Assembly (NCBI GenBank): GCA_049279335.1
Contig: JBAPNX010000035.1
Span: 57,217-121,216, forward strand
Reading direction: 5' to 3'
DNA length: 64,000 nt
Source of the DNA: Candidatus Dormiibacterota bacterium
Lineage (GTDB): Bacteria; Chloroflexota; Dormibacteria; Aeolococcales; Bog-877
Part shown: positions 19,228-28,743 of the stretch, one piece after another
How the letters are laid out: each line of letters opens with the position of its first letter
Position numbering within the stretch: position 1 is the first letter of the stretch
Translations under genes and position numbers: made by a program
Notes under the pieces: model-generated
Seen by the model: the letters and a program-made list of their open reading frames with translations, nothing else
Told to the model about the DNA's origin: nothing
Databases searched by the model: none

Positions 19228-20256
19228 TCAAGCCTCGCCCAGCACCCGACGGGTGGATCCGGCTATGTCGTGAGGCCTCTGACCGGCCTTGGCCCGGACC
19301 CGGTGGGCCAGGACCATGGGGGCTACCGCCGCCACCTCAGCCAGCCCGACCCGAGGCAGCCCCTCGAGGGCCGCGTACGCCTGGGCGGCCTTGCGGGCAA
19401 CCAGGTCGGCACGGTGGCCGTCGACCTCAAGCTCTATCGCCAGCCGCGCGATCGCCTCCAGCACCGGTCGGGAGGTCTCGATCTCGGCGAGCGCGGCGAT
19501 GGCCCGGTCGATCCGGGCTCGCTCCCTCTGCTCCTCGTCCTCCCACTCAGCCGCAAACGACTCAGGGTCGTCCTCGAACTTTTCCCGGCGCAGGACTATC
19601 TCCACCCGCTCGGGGATCTGCGTGATCCCGGAGACATCGACGCAGAGACCGAAGCGGTCCAGCAGCTGGGGTCGAAGGTCACCCTCCTCCGGGTTCATGG
19701 TGCCGACCAGGATGAAACGAGATGGGTGCCATACCGAGATCCCCTCCCTCTCGACTACGTTGACCCCCATGGCGGCCGCGTCGAGAAGAACGTCGACGAT
19801 GTGGTCGTCGAGCAGGTTCACCTCGTCGACGTAGAGGATCTGGCGGTTGGCCTCGGCCAGAACCCCGGGCTCGAAGCGGCGCTGCCCTGAATGGATCGCC
19901 GCCTCCAGGTCGATCGAACCCACCACCCGGTCCTCCGACGCGTTGATGGGCAGCTCGACCACTCGCATCTGGCGCCGGACCGACCCCAGCTTCTCGCCGG
20001 CCGCCAGCCGGGCTTGGCAATCCGAGCACGGGGCATCGCTGTTGGGCGCGCAGCCGTAGTGGCAGCCCACCACCACATCCAGCTCGGGCAGAAGACGGGC
20101 CAGGGCTCGTACCGCGGTCGACTTGGCCGTCCCTTTCTCGCCCCGGATCAGGACTCCCCCGATCGCCGGGTTGACGGCGTTTAGCTCCAAGGCCAGCCGC
20201 ATCTGGTCCTGCCCCACCAGGGCCGTGAACGGATAGACGGTGCGCAGCTCAGCCAT
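19228..20256 (-). CDS. chlI: ChlI/BchI-type AAA+ chelatase subunit I
   Basis: YPFTALVGQDQMRLAL, Walker A GEKGTAKS, Walker B YVDEVNLL, a Cys-rich insert (CHYGC...CSDC), and [16 protein letters not shown]. Confidence 0.88.
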   Translation of the reverse strand: MAELRTVYPFTALVGQDQMRLALELNAVNPAIGGVLIRGEKGTAKSTAVRALARLLPELDVVVGCHYGCAPNSDAPCSDCQARLAAGEKLGSVRRQMRVVELPINASEDRVVGSIDLEAAIHSGQRRFEPGVLAEANRQILYVDEVNLLDDHIVDVLLDAAAMGVNVVEREGISVWHPSRFILVGTMNPEEGDLRPQLLDRFGLCVDVSGITQIPERVEIVLRREKFEDDPESFAAEWEDEEQRERARIDRAIAALAEIETSRPVLEAIARLAIELEVDGHRADLVARKAAQAYAALEGLPRVGLAEVAAVAPMVLAHRVRAKAGQRPHDIAGSTRRVLGEA

Positions 20257-20290
20257 GGCCCGATTGTCTCAGAGGCCGGGCGCGCTCCCC

Positions 20291-22435
20291 TCAGGCCTGC
20301 TGGCGCAGCGCCTCGGCAACCGGCCTCAGGATCGCCCCTTCGGAGAGATCGAAAAGCCCGAAGTAGGCGGCACCCATCCGCTCGGCCAGGTCGACGCAAG
20401 CATTGAAGTTGTAACCGGCGAAGCGGGGCGATCCCGGCCTGCCCTGATCCGGGCTGAGCCTTGCCTGGAGGAGGTGGTCCCGGGAGGAGTCGATCACCAG
20501 GGCCCGGATACCGTCCCGACGAATCTGGTCGGCGATCCGCTGTGCCTCCAGCAGTGGTTCCTCGCCACCGAAGCTGATGTTGCCTCGGCCATCGCTGATC
20601 AGCACCAGCAGGGGCAGCACGTCCGGGTCCCGCCGCCGCTCTCCCACTATCAGGTTGAGCGCCGCCACCAGCCCATGGGTGAGTGGAGTGGTCCCGCCCA
20701 CGGCAATCCGGCTCAGGTGGCGTTCGGCCAGATCGACGCTGGAGGTGGGGCGCAGGACCACCTTGGCCTTCCGGCCGGAGAACGAGATCAGTGCCACCCG
20801 ATCACGACGTACGTAAGCGTCCTTCAGCAGCGCCAGGATGGCGCTGCGGGTGGCGTCCATGCGCTGCTCGGCATCCATGCTCGCTGAGGCGTCGACTACG
20901 AAGACGATGAGATTGCCGATCCTGCGCTCGCGCACCTTCTGTCGCAGATCCTGCGGCTCCAGCTGCAACTTGGGACCGGAAGCCGAGATTTGGCTTCGCC
21001 TCCCCAGCTGATGCGGAGCGGCCGCTCGCAGCGTGGCATCCAGTGCCAGGTCGGTCGGGTGCTCGACCTCGCGAGCCCCGACGTAGCGCCCCCGTCGGTC
21101 GCGCGAGCTGGTCTGGCTCCGGCGCCCAATCCCGCGGCGGCGCAGGCGCTCCCGGGGCAGCTGGATCCGCCCCACCGCGAACCCCTCATCCACCTCGATG
21201 GGGTCAGTCACAACCGGGCCCGATCGGGCCTCGGAACTGGCGCCGGCGTCACCGGCCGCTTCACCCTCACCCTGGGGAGTGCCAGCGCCCTCGGCATCCT
21301 CGTCATCGGCGGTCTCGGCTCCGCTGGGTGACTTCTCGCGGCTGGGGTCCGGCACCGCGGCGTCGGACGGCGTCTGGAGCTGCTGCCCCGGTGCCTCGGT
21401 GATCCCCGAGGGCGCCTCCTGGAGTCCGGTGCCCAGGGAGCGCCGGCGGTGGACCAACGCCAGTTCCGCCACCTCGGTCAGGTCCCTCAGGCTGACCAGC
21501 AGATCAGCAGGGACCGCAGACGCCTCACTGGCGGCCTGGAGAGCCCGATAGGCCTGAGCGGCGCGGACCAGGACCAGGTCGGACCGATGCCCAATTGCCT
21601 GCTGATCGACGCTCATCGCCGCCGCCACCATGATCACCAACTCCGGCGTGACGATCTGGCTCAGCAAGCCTTGGGCCCGGGGCAGCCGGTCGGCCAGTCG
21701 GAGATCCTCCTCGACCAGACCGAAGCTGGTCGCGTCGCGCCGCATCACCTCGACCCGGTCCTCCAGCGCCATCAGCCCCGAGACTTCCACGCAGAGGCCA
21801 AAGCGGTCCAGCAGCTGCGGGCGAAGGTCGCCCTCCTCAGGGTTCATGGTTCCCACCAGGACGAAGCGGGAGGGATGGGAGATCGAGATCTCCTCGCGCT
21901 CAACCACGTTCACGCCTCCAGCAGCGGCATCCAGGAGAACGTCGACGAGGTGGTGATCCAGCAGGTTGACCTCATCCACGTAGAGGATCTGGCGATTGGC
22001 CTCTGCCAGCAGACCCGGCTGGAAGGCGCGCCGGCCCTGGCTCAGTGCCAGCTCCATGTCAATCGACCCCACGATCCGGTCCTCGGACGCGCCCAATGGC
22101 AGCTCCACCACGCGGGTCGGCCGGACCACGGTTGGCAGCGCTTCGCCCTGCGCCAGCCGCGCAGCGCAGTCCTGGCAGTGTTCGGGACCGGCCGGCGCAC
22201 AGTGGTAGGGGCAGTCCGCCACCTGCTCCTGCGTGGGCAGAATCGCCGCCAGAGCCCGCACCAAGGTCGACTTGGCGGTGCCCCTCTCGCCCCGGATCAG
22301 GACTCCTCCGATATTGGGCTCGACCACTGCCAGCAGCAGAGCCAGCTTCATACGGCCCTGTCCCACCACGCCGCTGAAGCTGAGAGGAACTGGAAGCTCG
22401 GAGCGGGCCCTCAGCCCGCCCACGTTGACGGCCAC
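20291..22435 (-). CDS. chlD: ChlD/BchD-type chelatase subunit D (AAA+ module, acidic/Pro-rich linker, VWA domain)
   Basis: The N-terminal half is a close paralog of the adjacent ChlI and has intact GERGTAKS and YVDEVNLL motifs. It is followed by an acidic linker ([16 protein letters not shown]) and a VWA MIDAS motif (VVDASASM). GTG start. Confidence 0.88.
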   Translation of the reverse strand: MAVNVGGLRARSELPVPLSFSGVVGQGRMKLALLLAVVEPNIGGVLIRGERGTAKSTLVRALAAILPTQEQVADCPYHCAPAGPEHCQDCAARLAQGEALPTVVRPTRVVELPLGASEDRIVGSIDMELALSQGRRAFQPGLLAEANRQILYVDEVNLLDHHLVDVLLDAAAGGVNVVEREEISISHPSRFVLVGTMNPEEGDLRPQLLDRFGLCVEVSGLMALEDRVEVMRRDATSFGLVEEDLRLADRLPRAQGLLSQIVTPELVIMVAAAMSVDQQAIGHRSDLVLVRAAQAYRALQAASEASAVPADLLVSLRDLTEVAELALVHRRRSLGTGLQEAPSGITEAPGQQLQTPSDAAVPDPSREKSPSGAETADDEDAEGAGTPQGEGEAAGDAGASSEARSGPVVTDPIEVDEGFAVGRIQLPRERLRRRGIGRRSQTSSRDRRGRYVGAREVEHPTDLALDATLRAAAPHQLGRRSQISASGPKLQLEPQDLRQKVRERRIGNLIVFVVDASASMDAEQRMDATRSAILALLKDAYVRRDRVALISFSGRKAKVVLRPTSSVDLAERHLSRIAVGGTTPLTHGLVAALNLIVGERRRDPDVLPLLVLISDGRGNISFGGEEPLLEAQRIADQIRRDGIRALVIDSSRDHLLQARLSPDQGRPGSPRFAGYNFNACVDLAERMGAAYFGLFDLSEGAILRPVAEALRQQA

Positions 22436-22437
22436 GG

Positions 22438-22869
22438 CTAGCCTCGCCCAGACCGATTGCCGATCAGTAGCTCAGCCGTCTCCACGACAAGTTCGCCGCT
22501 GAGCCCATCGCTGCCCCAGCGCAGCCCCCAGGCGGAGTCGACAGCCAGCTTCCCCGAGCGCCGGGATCCGCCAGCCAGAGGCACCTCGTACAGTGCCACT
22601 GCGGGGCCGTCCGGCTCCTGCCAGCCAGCGGCATCCCTGAGCTGGCACTCGATCCGCCGCCCCTCCAACTCGAACCACAGATGGGGGGCCTCGCCAGCCC
22701 GGAGGTCTGGCCGTGAACCGCTCAACGCCGGGGCACGAAAGACCAACAACCGAGGTGGACGGTTCACATCATCGGACTCAGCCGATGCGACCTGGACCAG
22801 GGTATGGCGCAGATCGAGGATCAGCTCCTCCGGGGTTGCCGACTCAGCAGCGACGGTCTCCTTGGCCAC
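22438..22869 (-). CDS. Hypothetical protein (143 aa), translationally coupled to chlD
   Basis: The stop TAG at 22440-22438 lies 2 nt before the chlD GTG. I recognise no motif, TM helix or signal peptide. Confidence 0.5.
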   Translation of the reverse strand: MAKETVAAESATPEELILDLRHTLVQVASAESDDVNRPPRLLVFRAPALSGSRPDLRAGEAPHLWFELEGRRIECQLRDAAGWQEPDGPAVALYEVPLAGGSRRSGKLAVDSAWGLRWGSDGLSGELVVETAELLIGNRSGRG

Positions 22870-22937
22870 GCTCGATATGGTAGGTCCCGAAGTCGGGCTG
22901 ACTCCGGGCCAGCCTCGTGATCGGCGAGAGGAGCTGC

Positions 22938-23618
22938 ATGAACGAATCCGCGCTCAGCGAAGTGGGACTCATCGGCGGGACAGGGCCCTTGGGTCGGGGC
23001 ATGGCGGCCAGGCTGGCCGCTGCCGGTTTGACCGTGCGACTGGGCTCGCGTGACCTGCAGCGAGCCAACGAGATAGCCGCCAGCGTCCAGGCCCAAGTGG
23101 GGCCCGGCCGAGGAACCGTTGTGGGGGCCTCCAACTTGGACGCCGCTGGTTCGGGACAGCTCACCCTGCTGACCGTTCCCTACGAGGCGGGGGCGCCGCT
23201 TCTCGCCCAGCTGGGAGCCGAGCTGCAGGGTCGAGTCTTGATCTCCACCGCGGCTCCGATGGAGTTCCGGCGCGGGGTGCCCTATCCAGTAAGACCCGAA
23301 GCCGGCTCAGCCGCGCTGGAGGCGGCGCAGCACTGCCCCGGAGCGCTGGTAGTGGCTGCCTTCCACACCGTGAGCGCCTCCACCCTCGAGCGGCTGGAGT
23401 CACCCCTCGACGAGGACGTCATCGTCACCTCCGACGACGCCACGGCCAAGGACCTGGTTGTCGGTCTGGTCCGCACCATAGCCGGTCTCCGACCGGTAGA
23501 CGGCGGGGGTCTCGCCAACTCCCACTTCAGTGAGGCGCTGACGCCCTTTCTCATCCGGCTCAACCGGATTCATCGCGCCGAGACCGGGATCCGTATCACC
23601 GGTCTCGATAGCCACTGA
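22938..23618 (+). CDS. npdG: NADPH-dependent F420 reductase (Fno/NpdG family)
   Basis: Rossmann N-terminus VGLIGGTGPLGRGMAARLAAAGLTV. ATG at 22938 is preceded by GAGGAG; GTG at 22917 is an alternative start. Confidence 0.6.
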   Translation: MNESALSEVGLIGGTGPLGRGMAARLAAAGLTVRLGSRDLQRANEIAASVQAQVGPGRGTVVGASNLDAAGSGQLTLLTVPYEAGAPLLAQLGAELQGRVLISTAAPMEFRRGVPYPVRPEAGSAALEAAQHCPGALVVAAFHTVSASTLERLESPLDEDVIVTSDDATAKDLVVGLVRTIAGLRPVDGGGLANSHFSEALTPFLIRLNRIHRAETGIRITGLDSH

Positions 23619-23678
23619 TAGGCAAGGCAATCGCGGCTTGGAATCTGGCCCGGCCGTGGTGGCTCCCGCCGTCACCGC

Positions 23679-25049
23679 TCAGATGTGAATCGCCACTCCC
23701 TCAGCCGCCAGCGCCGCCTCCTTCAAGCTCTCGCTCAGGGTGGGGTGGGCGTGGACCAGGGCCTCGAACTGCTCGGCCTTCACCCCAGCCCAGGCGGCCA
23801 TGACCATCTCGGGTAGCAGTTCGGTGACCTCCGCCCCGATCGCGTGAGTCCCTAGCAGCTTGCCGGTGTCGGCGTCGACGACAGTCTTGATGAAGCCCAT
23901 CGTTTCTCCCATCGCGATCGCCTTGCCACTGGCACTGAATGGGAACTTGCCGATCCGTACCTGGTAGCCCTTCTCCTTGGCCTGCTCCTCGGTGTAGCCG
24001 GCCGAAGCCACCTGGGGCTGGCAGTAGGTGCAGCGGGGCACCTGGATCGGGTCCAGCGGCGCAGCCTCTCGGCCAGCTGCCGTCTCCACAGCGATCACGC
24101 CCTCGGCGCTGGCGGCGTGGGCCAGCAGCGGTGGTCCGACGACGTCGCCGATGGCGAAGACGCCAGGGACGTTGGTGCGGAGGTGGTCGTCAACCTTGAT
24201 GAAGCCACCCTGGACCGCCACGCCCAGGTCCTCGAGCCCCAGGTTCTCAACGTTGGCCTGGACCCCGGTGGCGGTCAGGACCATCTCGCCTTCGACCGCG
24301 TCGCCGTTCTCCAGATGCAACCGCCACCCCTCCCCGGTGCGCTCCGACCGCTGGATCAAGGAGCCTGTCCGCAGTCCTATGCCCTGACGCTCGAACTGCC
24401 GGGTCAGCTCCTTGGAGACCTCCTGGTCCTCCATAGGCAGCAGCCGGGCGAGCGCCTCAACCACCGTCACCTCCACCCCGTAGGACGAGTACACGTAGGC
24501 GAACTCCGCCCCGATCGCACCGCCGCCCACGATGACGCAGCTCTTGGGCAGCTGGCGCAGCTCCAGAGCCTCTCGGTAGGTGAAGACCGTCTTGCCGTCC
24601 ACCGTCAGGCCGGGCAAGGATTTGGGACGGGCCCCGGTGGCAATCAGGATCTGAGAAGCCACCACCGTCTGGCCCGAAGGGGAGACCTCGATCGTTTGCT
24701 CGGAGACCAGGCGGCCGCGGCCGTGGACCACCTCAACCCCGTTCTTGCGCATCAGGAACGCGACGCCTTGGGTCAGCTTGCCCACCACCTCACGACTGCG
24801 GCTGATGGCTGCGTCGAAGTCGGCCACCACCTCCCCGCGACGGATGCCAAAGCGCTCCGACTCCTGGACCAGATGGAGGACCTCGGCGTTCCGCAAGAGC
24901 GACTTGGAGGGGATGCAACCCCAGTTGAGGCAGATCCCACCCAGGGTGTCTGCCTCCTCGACGATGGTGACCGCCATCCCCAGTTGGGCGGCCCGGATGG
25001 CGGCCACGTATCCGCCAGGCCCGGAGCCGATGATGGCCAGGTCCTTCAT
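23679..25049 (-). CDS. lpdA: Dihydrolipoyl dehydrogenase (E3)
   Basis: GSGPGGYVAAIRAAQLG, the redox disulfide CLNWGCIPSK, and the C-terminal HAHPTLSE. Confidence 0.95.
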   Translation of the reverse strand: MKDLAIIGSGPGGYVAAIRAAQLGMAVTIVEEADTLGGICLNWGCIPSKSLLRNAEVLHLVQESERFGIRRGEVVADFDAAISRSREVVGKLTQGVAFLMRKNGVEVVHGRGRLVSEQTIEVSPSGQTVVASQILIATGARPKSLPGLTVDGKTVFTYREALELRQLPKSCVIVGGGAIGAEFAYVYSSYGVEVTVVEALARLLPMEDQEVSKELTRQFERQGIGLRTGSLIQRSERTGEGWRLHLENGDAVEGEMVLTATGVQANVENLGLEDLGVAVQGGFIKVDDHLRTNVPGVFAIGDVVGPPLLAHAASAEGVIAVETAAGREAAPLDPIQVPRCTYCQPQVASAGYTEEQAKEKGYQVRIGKFPFSASGKAIAMGETMGFIKTVVDADTGKLLGTHAIGAEVTELLPEMVMAAWAGVKAEQFEALVHAHPTLSESLKEAALAAEGVAIHI

Positions 25050-25088
25050 AGGGTCAATCCAGAATTGGGAGCAGCGCCGCCACCCGGC

Positions 25089-26465
25089 TCAAACCAGGCA
25101 CGCGGTGGGATGCTCCAAACACCAGCGGAGAAAGGCCAGTGCCTCGGCCCCCTCAGCTCCGTCGGTGACCCGATGGTCGATGGCCAAAGTCATGGCCATC
25201 TGGTGGCCCGGCACCAGCTGGCCCGCCTCCACGACCGGGACCTCGCGCACCTGGCCTACTGCCAGGACGCTGCCTTGACCAGGGGTGATGATGGCCGAAA
25301 ACTGGGTCACCCCGAACGTTCCCAGATTGCTGATCGCGGTGTGAGCGCCCGAGAGCTCCTCGGGGTGGAGCCGGTTGCTCTTGGCCCGGGCGGCCAGGTC
25401 GTGGGCGCGTCGCGCAAGCTCGGAGAAGCTCAGACCCTCGCAGCCCCTCAGCACCGGTGCCACCAGGCCGTCGGGCAAGGCCACCGCCAGCGCGATGTTG
25501 CTCTGCGAGAACCGGCGCAACCCGCTACCGATCCAGGCGGCGTTGAGGTGGGGGTGGCGCTGCAGGGTAAGGGCCATGGCACGAATCACGAAGTCGGTAA
25601 CTGAGAACTTAGGCAGCTCGGCGTCTCCCAGCTGGTTGAGCTCGCTGCGCAGCTGCAGCAACGTCCCCATCCGGACCTCGGTGGTGAGGTGGAAGTGAGG
25701 GATCGAACTGTTGGACTCTGCCATGCGCCGGGCGATCGCCTCCCGCATCCGCGAGAGTCGCACCGGCTCTGAGGGATCGCTGAGGTCCACGGCAGCGGCG
25801 GCCCCTACCGATCGGGCCAAGGTCGAGCTCACGCCGCCGCGCGCGGCCGCCTCTACGTCCTCCGCTCTGATCCGTCCGTCCGGGCCGGTGGCACGGATGG
25901 TGCTCAGTTCGATCCCGAGTTCGCGCGCGCGGCGCCGAGCCAGCGGGCTGGCCTTGATCCGTCCCCCGGGGGCGGCCAGAGGACCGGCTGGGATAGGCTC
26001 GCTGGCTCCCCCTGCCAGCTGTTGGGCCCACTCCGGCACCGGCGTCGGGGCCTCAGAAGACTCCCCGGAGGTGGCCGGCGATCGGTTAGGTACGGACTTA
26101 TCGAGCACATCCTCGCTCGGTCTGGCGCCGTCACCGTCTTTCGCCTTGGTCTTCTCTGCGGAAGCCTCGGGTACCTCCCCGGTAGCCGGCTTTTCTGGAG
26201 CGGTGGCACGATCTGGGATCGCCTCAGACGCCTCGCCGATGATCGCTATCGGAGCACCCACCGCGACCTTGGTGCCGGGCTGGACCAGGATCTTTTTGAG
26301 CACTCCGCTGGCATAGGCCTCGATGTCGATATCCGCCTTCTCGGTGGCGATCGAGGCGATGATGTCACCCCGCTCCACCGGGGCACCCTCCTCCACCAGC
26401 CAGCGGTTGATCGAGCCCTCGGTCATGTCATACCCCATCTGGGGCATGGTCACCTCGTAGGCCAT
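25089..26465 (-). CDS. pdhC: Dihydrolipoamide acyltransferase (E2) of a 2-oxoacid dehydrogenase complex
   Basis: One lipoyl domain (ATEKADIDIEA), a peripheral subunit-binding domain (ASPLARRRARELGIELS), and the catalytic DHRVTDGA. Confidence 0.92.
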   Translation of the reverse strand: MAYEVTMPQMGYDMTEGSINRWLVEEGAPVERGDIIASIATEKADIDIEAYASGVLKKILVQPGTKVAVGAPIAIIGEASEAIPDRATAPEKPATGEVPEASAEKTKAKDGDGARPSEDVLDKSVPNRSPATSGESSEAPTPVPEWAQQLAGGASEPIPAGPLAAPGGRIKASPLARRRARELGIELSTIRATGPDGRIRAEDVEAAARGGVSSTLARSVGAAAAVDLSDPSEPVRLSRMREAIARRMAESNSSIPHFHLTTEVRMGTLLQLRSELNQLGDAELPKFSVTDFVIRAMALTLQRHPHLNAAWIGSGLRRFSQSNIALAVALPDGLVAPVLRGCEGLSFSELARRAHDLAARAKSNRLHPEELSGAHTAISNLGTFGVTQFSAIITPGQGSVLAVGQVREVPVVEAGQLVPGHQMAMTLAIDHRVTDGAEGAEALAFLRWCLEHPTACLV

Positions 26466-27448
26466 CAGTTCAGCCGCCGGACGGCTTCCACCACCTGATC
26501 GCTGGTCGGCACCAGGACCTTCTCCAACGCTCGCGAGTAGGCCATCGGCACATCGCGCATGGCCACCCGCTGCACCGGACCGTCGAGGTCGTCAAAGCAG
26601 CGATCCTGGATCTCGCTGAGGAGGTCGGCGCCGAATCCTCCGGTGCGCCAGTCCTCGCCGCAGAGCACCACCTGGTGGGTGCGACGCACCGACTCCACCA
26701 CGGTGGGGTAGTCGACCGGGCGCAGGGTGCGGAGATCGACCACCTCGCAGGAGATGCCGTCGTCTCGCTCCAGCACCTCCGCTGCCTGCAGCGCCTGGAG
26801 CAGCATCCGCGAGTAGCCCACCAGGGTCACGTCCCGCCCCTCCCGGACCACCTTGGCTTTACCGATGGGGATCTCGTCCTGTCCGGGCTCGGCTCCGTCG
26901 GCGACCTCCCCCTTGGTGCTGTAGAGCAGACTGTGCTCGATGAAGATGACCGGGTCGGGATCTCGGATCGCTGCCAGCAGCAGCCCCCGGGCGTCGGCAG
27001 GAGTGGAGGGCATCACCACCTTCAAACCCGGGACCGACGCGAACCAGCCCTCAAAGGTCTGGGAGTGGGTAGGACCGAGCTGGCCGAAGCCGGCGACGGT
27101 GCGGATAACCAGAGGGACCGACCACTGGCCCCCGAACATGTAGTGGAACTTGGCAGCGCTGTTGACGATCTGGTCCAGCGCCAGCAGGGCGAAGTTGACC
27201 GTCATCAGCTCCGCTACCGGCAGCAGCCCGCCCATGGCGCTGCCCACCGCGAATCCCACGATCCCGGCCTCGGCGATGGGGGTCTCCATGACTCGCTTGG
27301 GGCCGAATTCGTCGATCAGCCCCTTGGTGACGGCATAGGAGCCCCCGTACCCGGTGATGCTCTCCCCCATCAGGATCACCCGTTGGTCGCGGAGCATCTC
27401 ATCCCGAAGCGCGCCGCGCACCGCATCCCGGTAGCTGATCACCGCCAT
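26465..27448 (-). CDS. pdhB: 2-oxoacid dehydrogenase E1 beta subunit (PDH type)
   Basis: Begins MAVISYRDAVRGALRDEM...VILMGE. The listed ORF 26465..27700 is extended out of frame over pdhA. The junction with pdhC is TGATG. Confidence 0.9.
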   Translation of the reverse strand: MAVISYRDAVRGALRDEMLRDQRVILMGESITGYGGSYAVTKGLIDEFGPKRVMETPIAEAGIVGFAVGSAMGGLLPVAELMTVNFALLALDQIVNSAAKFHYMFGGQWSVPLVIRTVAGFGQLGPTHSQTFEGWFASVPGLKVVMPSTPADARGLLLAAIRDPDPVIFIEHSLLYSTKGEVADGAEPGQDEIPIGKAKVVREGRDVTLVGYSRMLLQALQAAEVLERDDGISCEVVDLRTLRPVDYPTVVESVRRTHQVVLCGEDWRTGGFGADLLSEIQDRCFDDLDGPVQRVAMRDVPMAYSRALEKVLVPTSDQVVEAVRRLN

Positions 27449-27449
27449 C

Positions 27450-28580
27450 TCAGATGCCCGCTTCGCTGACTTCGGGCTGGGGCTCGACGGTGGCGACCCT
27501 GAGGCCGACCGCGCTGGGGCCGCCGTCAGACTCAGGGTCGATCGGTTTGGCGTAGATCCAGCGGCCGACGTCGGCCGCCGCCGGCCAGGGCGACTTGTCC
27601 GCGAAGGCGACCGCGTCGAGCATCTCCTGCTCGACCTCTTCGTTGACCTGGGCCAGCTCCCTGGCGCTGCAGATCCCGTGCTTGACGCAGAAATCGCCAA
27701 AGCGGGGAATTGGGTCCTTGGTCCGCCACCGCTGGACCTCGGCCTTGGCCCGGTAGAGCTCCGGGTCAGCCATCGAATGGCCCCGGAAGCGGTAGGTCAA
27801 GGCCTCTACGAAGAAGGGTCCTTTGCCGCTGCGGCAGTGCTCAGCCGCCTTCTGGATGGCGTCGTAGACCGAGAGCACGTCCATGCCATCGCACTGGACT
27901 GCGGGCATGGTGTAGCCCTCGGCCTTGATCTTCATTTCGCTTACCGGAGACTCCTCCGCCAGGGTGGCGCCCATCCCATAGAGGTTGTTCTCGCAGATGA
28001 AGATGATGGGCAGATTCCAGAGGGCCGCCATGTTGAGGCCCTCGTGGAAGATCCCGTTGCCGGTGGCACCGTCGCCGAAGAAGTCGAGAACGATCTCATC
28101 GCTCTGCTGGTACTGCATGGCATAGGCCATGCCGGCCCCGATGGGGATGTGGGAGCCGACGATGGCGTGCCCGCCCCAAAAGTGGCGAGCGGCGTCAGCC
28201 AGGTGCATCGATCCGCCCCTGCCGTGACAGAGCCCGTCCTCGCGACCGAACAGCTCCGCCATGCAGGCCTTGGGATCGCAGCCGCGGGCCAGGGCGTAGC
28301 CGTGATCGCGGTAGTGGGCCAGGACGTGGTCGGTGTCACGGGCGGCATTGAGGGCCCCGACCGCCACCGCCTCCTCGCCGATGTATAGATGAAGGAACCC
28401 CCCAACCTTGGCCTGGGCGTAGGCCTCGGCGGCGTGGTCCTCAAAGCGCCGGATCTGCACCAGTTGCCGATACATGTGCCGGCACTGGGCTGGGGTCAGC
28501 CCCAGCGGCAGCTCGGCCTCGTCAGACCGGGCGGTGGTCCGCTTGGCATGGGCGCGCCGGGACCCTGGGGCTGAAGCCAT
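27450..28580 (-). CDS. pdhA: 2-oxoacid dehydrogenase E1 alpha subunit (PDH type, TPP-binding)
   Basis: GFLHLYIGEEAVAVG, plus the TPP motif region GDGATGNG...NNLYGM. Confidence 0.9.
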   Translation of the reverse strand: MASAPGSRRAHAKRTTARSDEAELPLGLTPAQCRHMYRQLVQIRRFEDHAAEAYAQAKVGGFLHLYIGEEAVAVGALNAARDTDHVLAHYRDHGYALARGCDPKACMAELFGREDGLCHGRGGSMHLADAARHFWGGHAIVGSHIPIGAGMAYAMQYQQSDEIVLDFFGDGATGNGIFHEGLNMAALWNLPIIFICENNLYGMGATLAEESPVSEMKIKAEGYTMPAVQCDGMDVLSVYDAIQKAAEHCRSGKGPFFVEALTYRFRGHSMADPELYRAKAEVQRWRTKDPIPRFGDFCVKHGICSARELAQVNEEVEQEMLDAVAFADKSPWPAAADVGRWIYAKPIDPESDGGPSAVGLRVATVEPQPEVSEAGI

Positions 28581-28670
28581 TGCCCCAGTTTAGGAGGTGA
28601 GCCAAGCTCACGATCCCAGAGCTGGCGACCGCAGCACAGATGTGACGGTTTAGCGACCTAAAGCGAGTGC

Positions 28671-28712
28671 AGAAATCGCCCCGATTTATTAGCAACTTTC
28701 TAAGCGATTTCT
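28671..28712. promoter_or_regulatory. 9-bp perfect inverted repeat AGAAATCGC-N24-GCGATTTCT (candidate operator)
   Basis: The arms lie at 28671-28679 and 28704-28712, and the right arm ends 2 nt before the -35 hexamer of the plus-strand promoter. The repeat sits in a lower-GC divergent intergenic region. Confidence 0.35.
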
Positions 28713-28714
28713 GA

Positions 28715-28743
28715 TTGAAAATTGGCTGATTTTGGGGTATACT
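28715..28743 (+). promoter_or_regulatory. Near-consensus sigma70 promoter (TTGAAA-17 nt-TATACT)
   Basis: TTGAAA at 28715-28720, a 17-nt spacer, and TATACT at 28738-28743. It points toward the ORF that starts at 28879. Confidence 0.55.

Noticed and set aside
27449-27700. The N-terminal 84 residues of listed ORF 26465..27700.
   Set aside because: This is an out-of-frame read over the 3' end of pdhA. The E1 beta family sequence begins at MAVISYRDA (ATG 27448), immediately after the pdhA stop.
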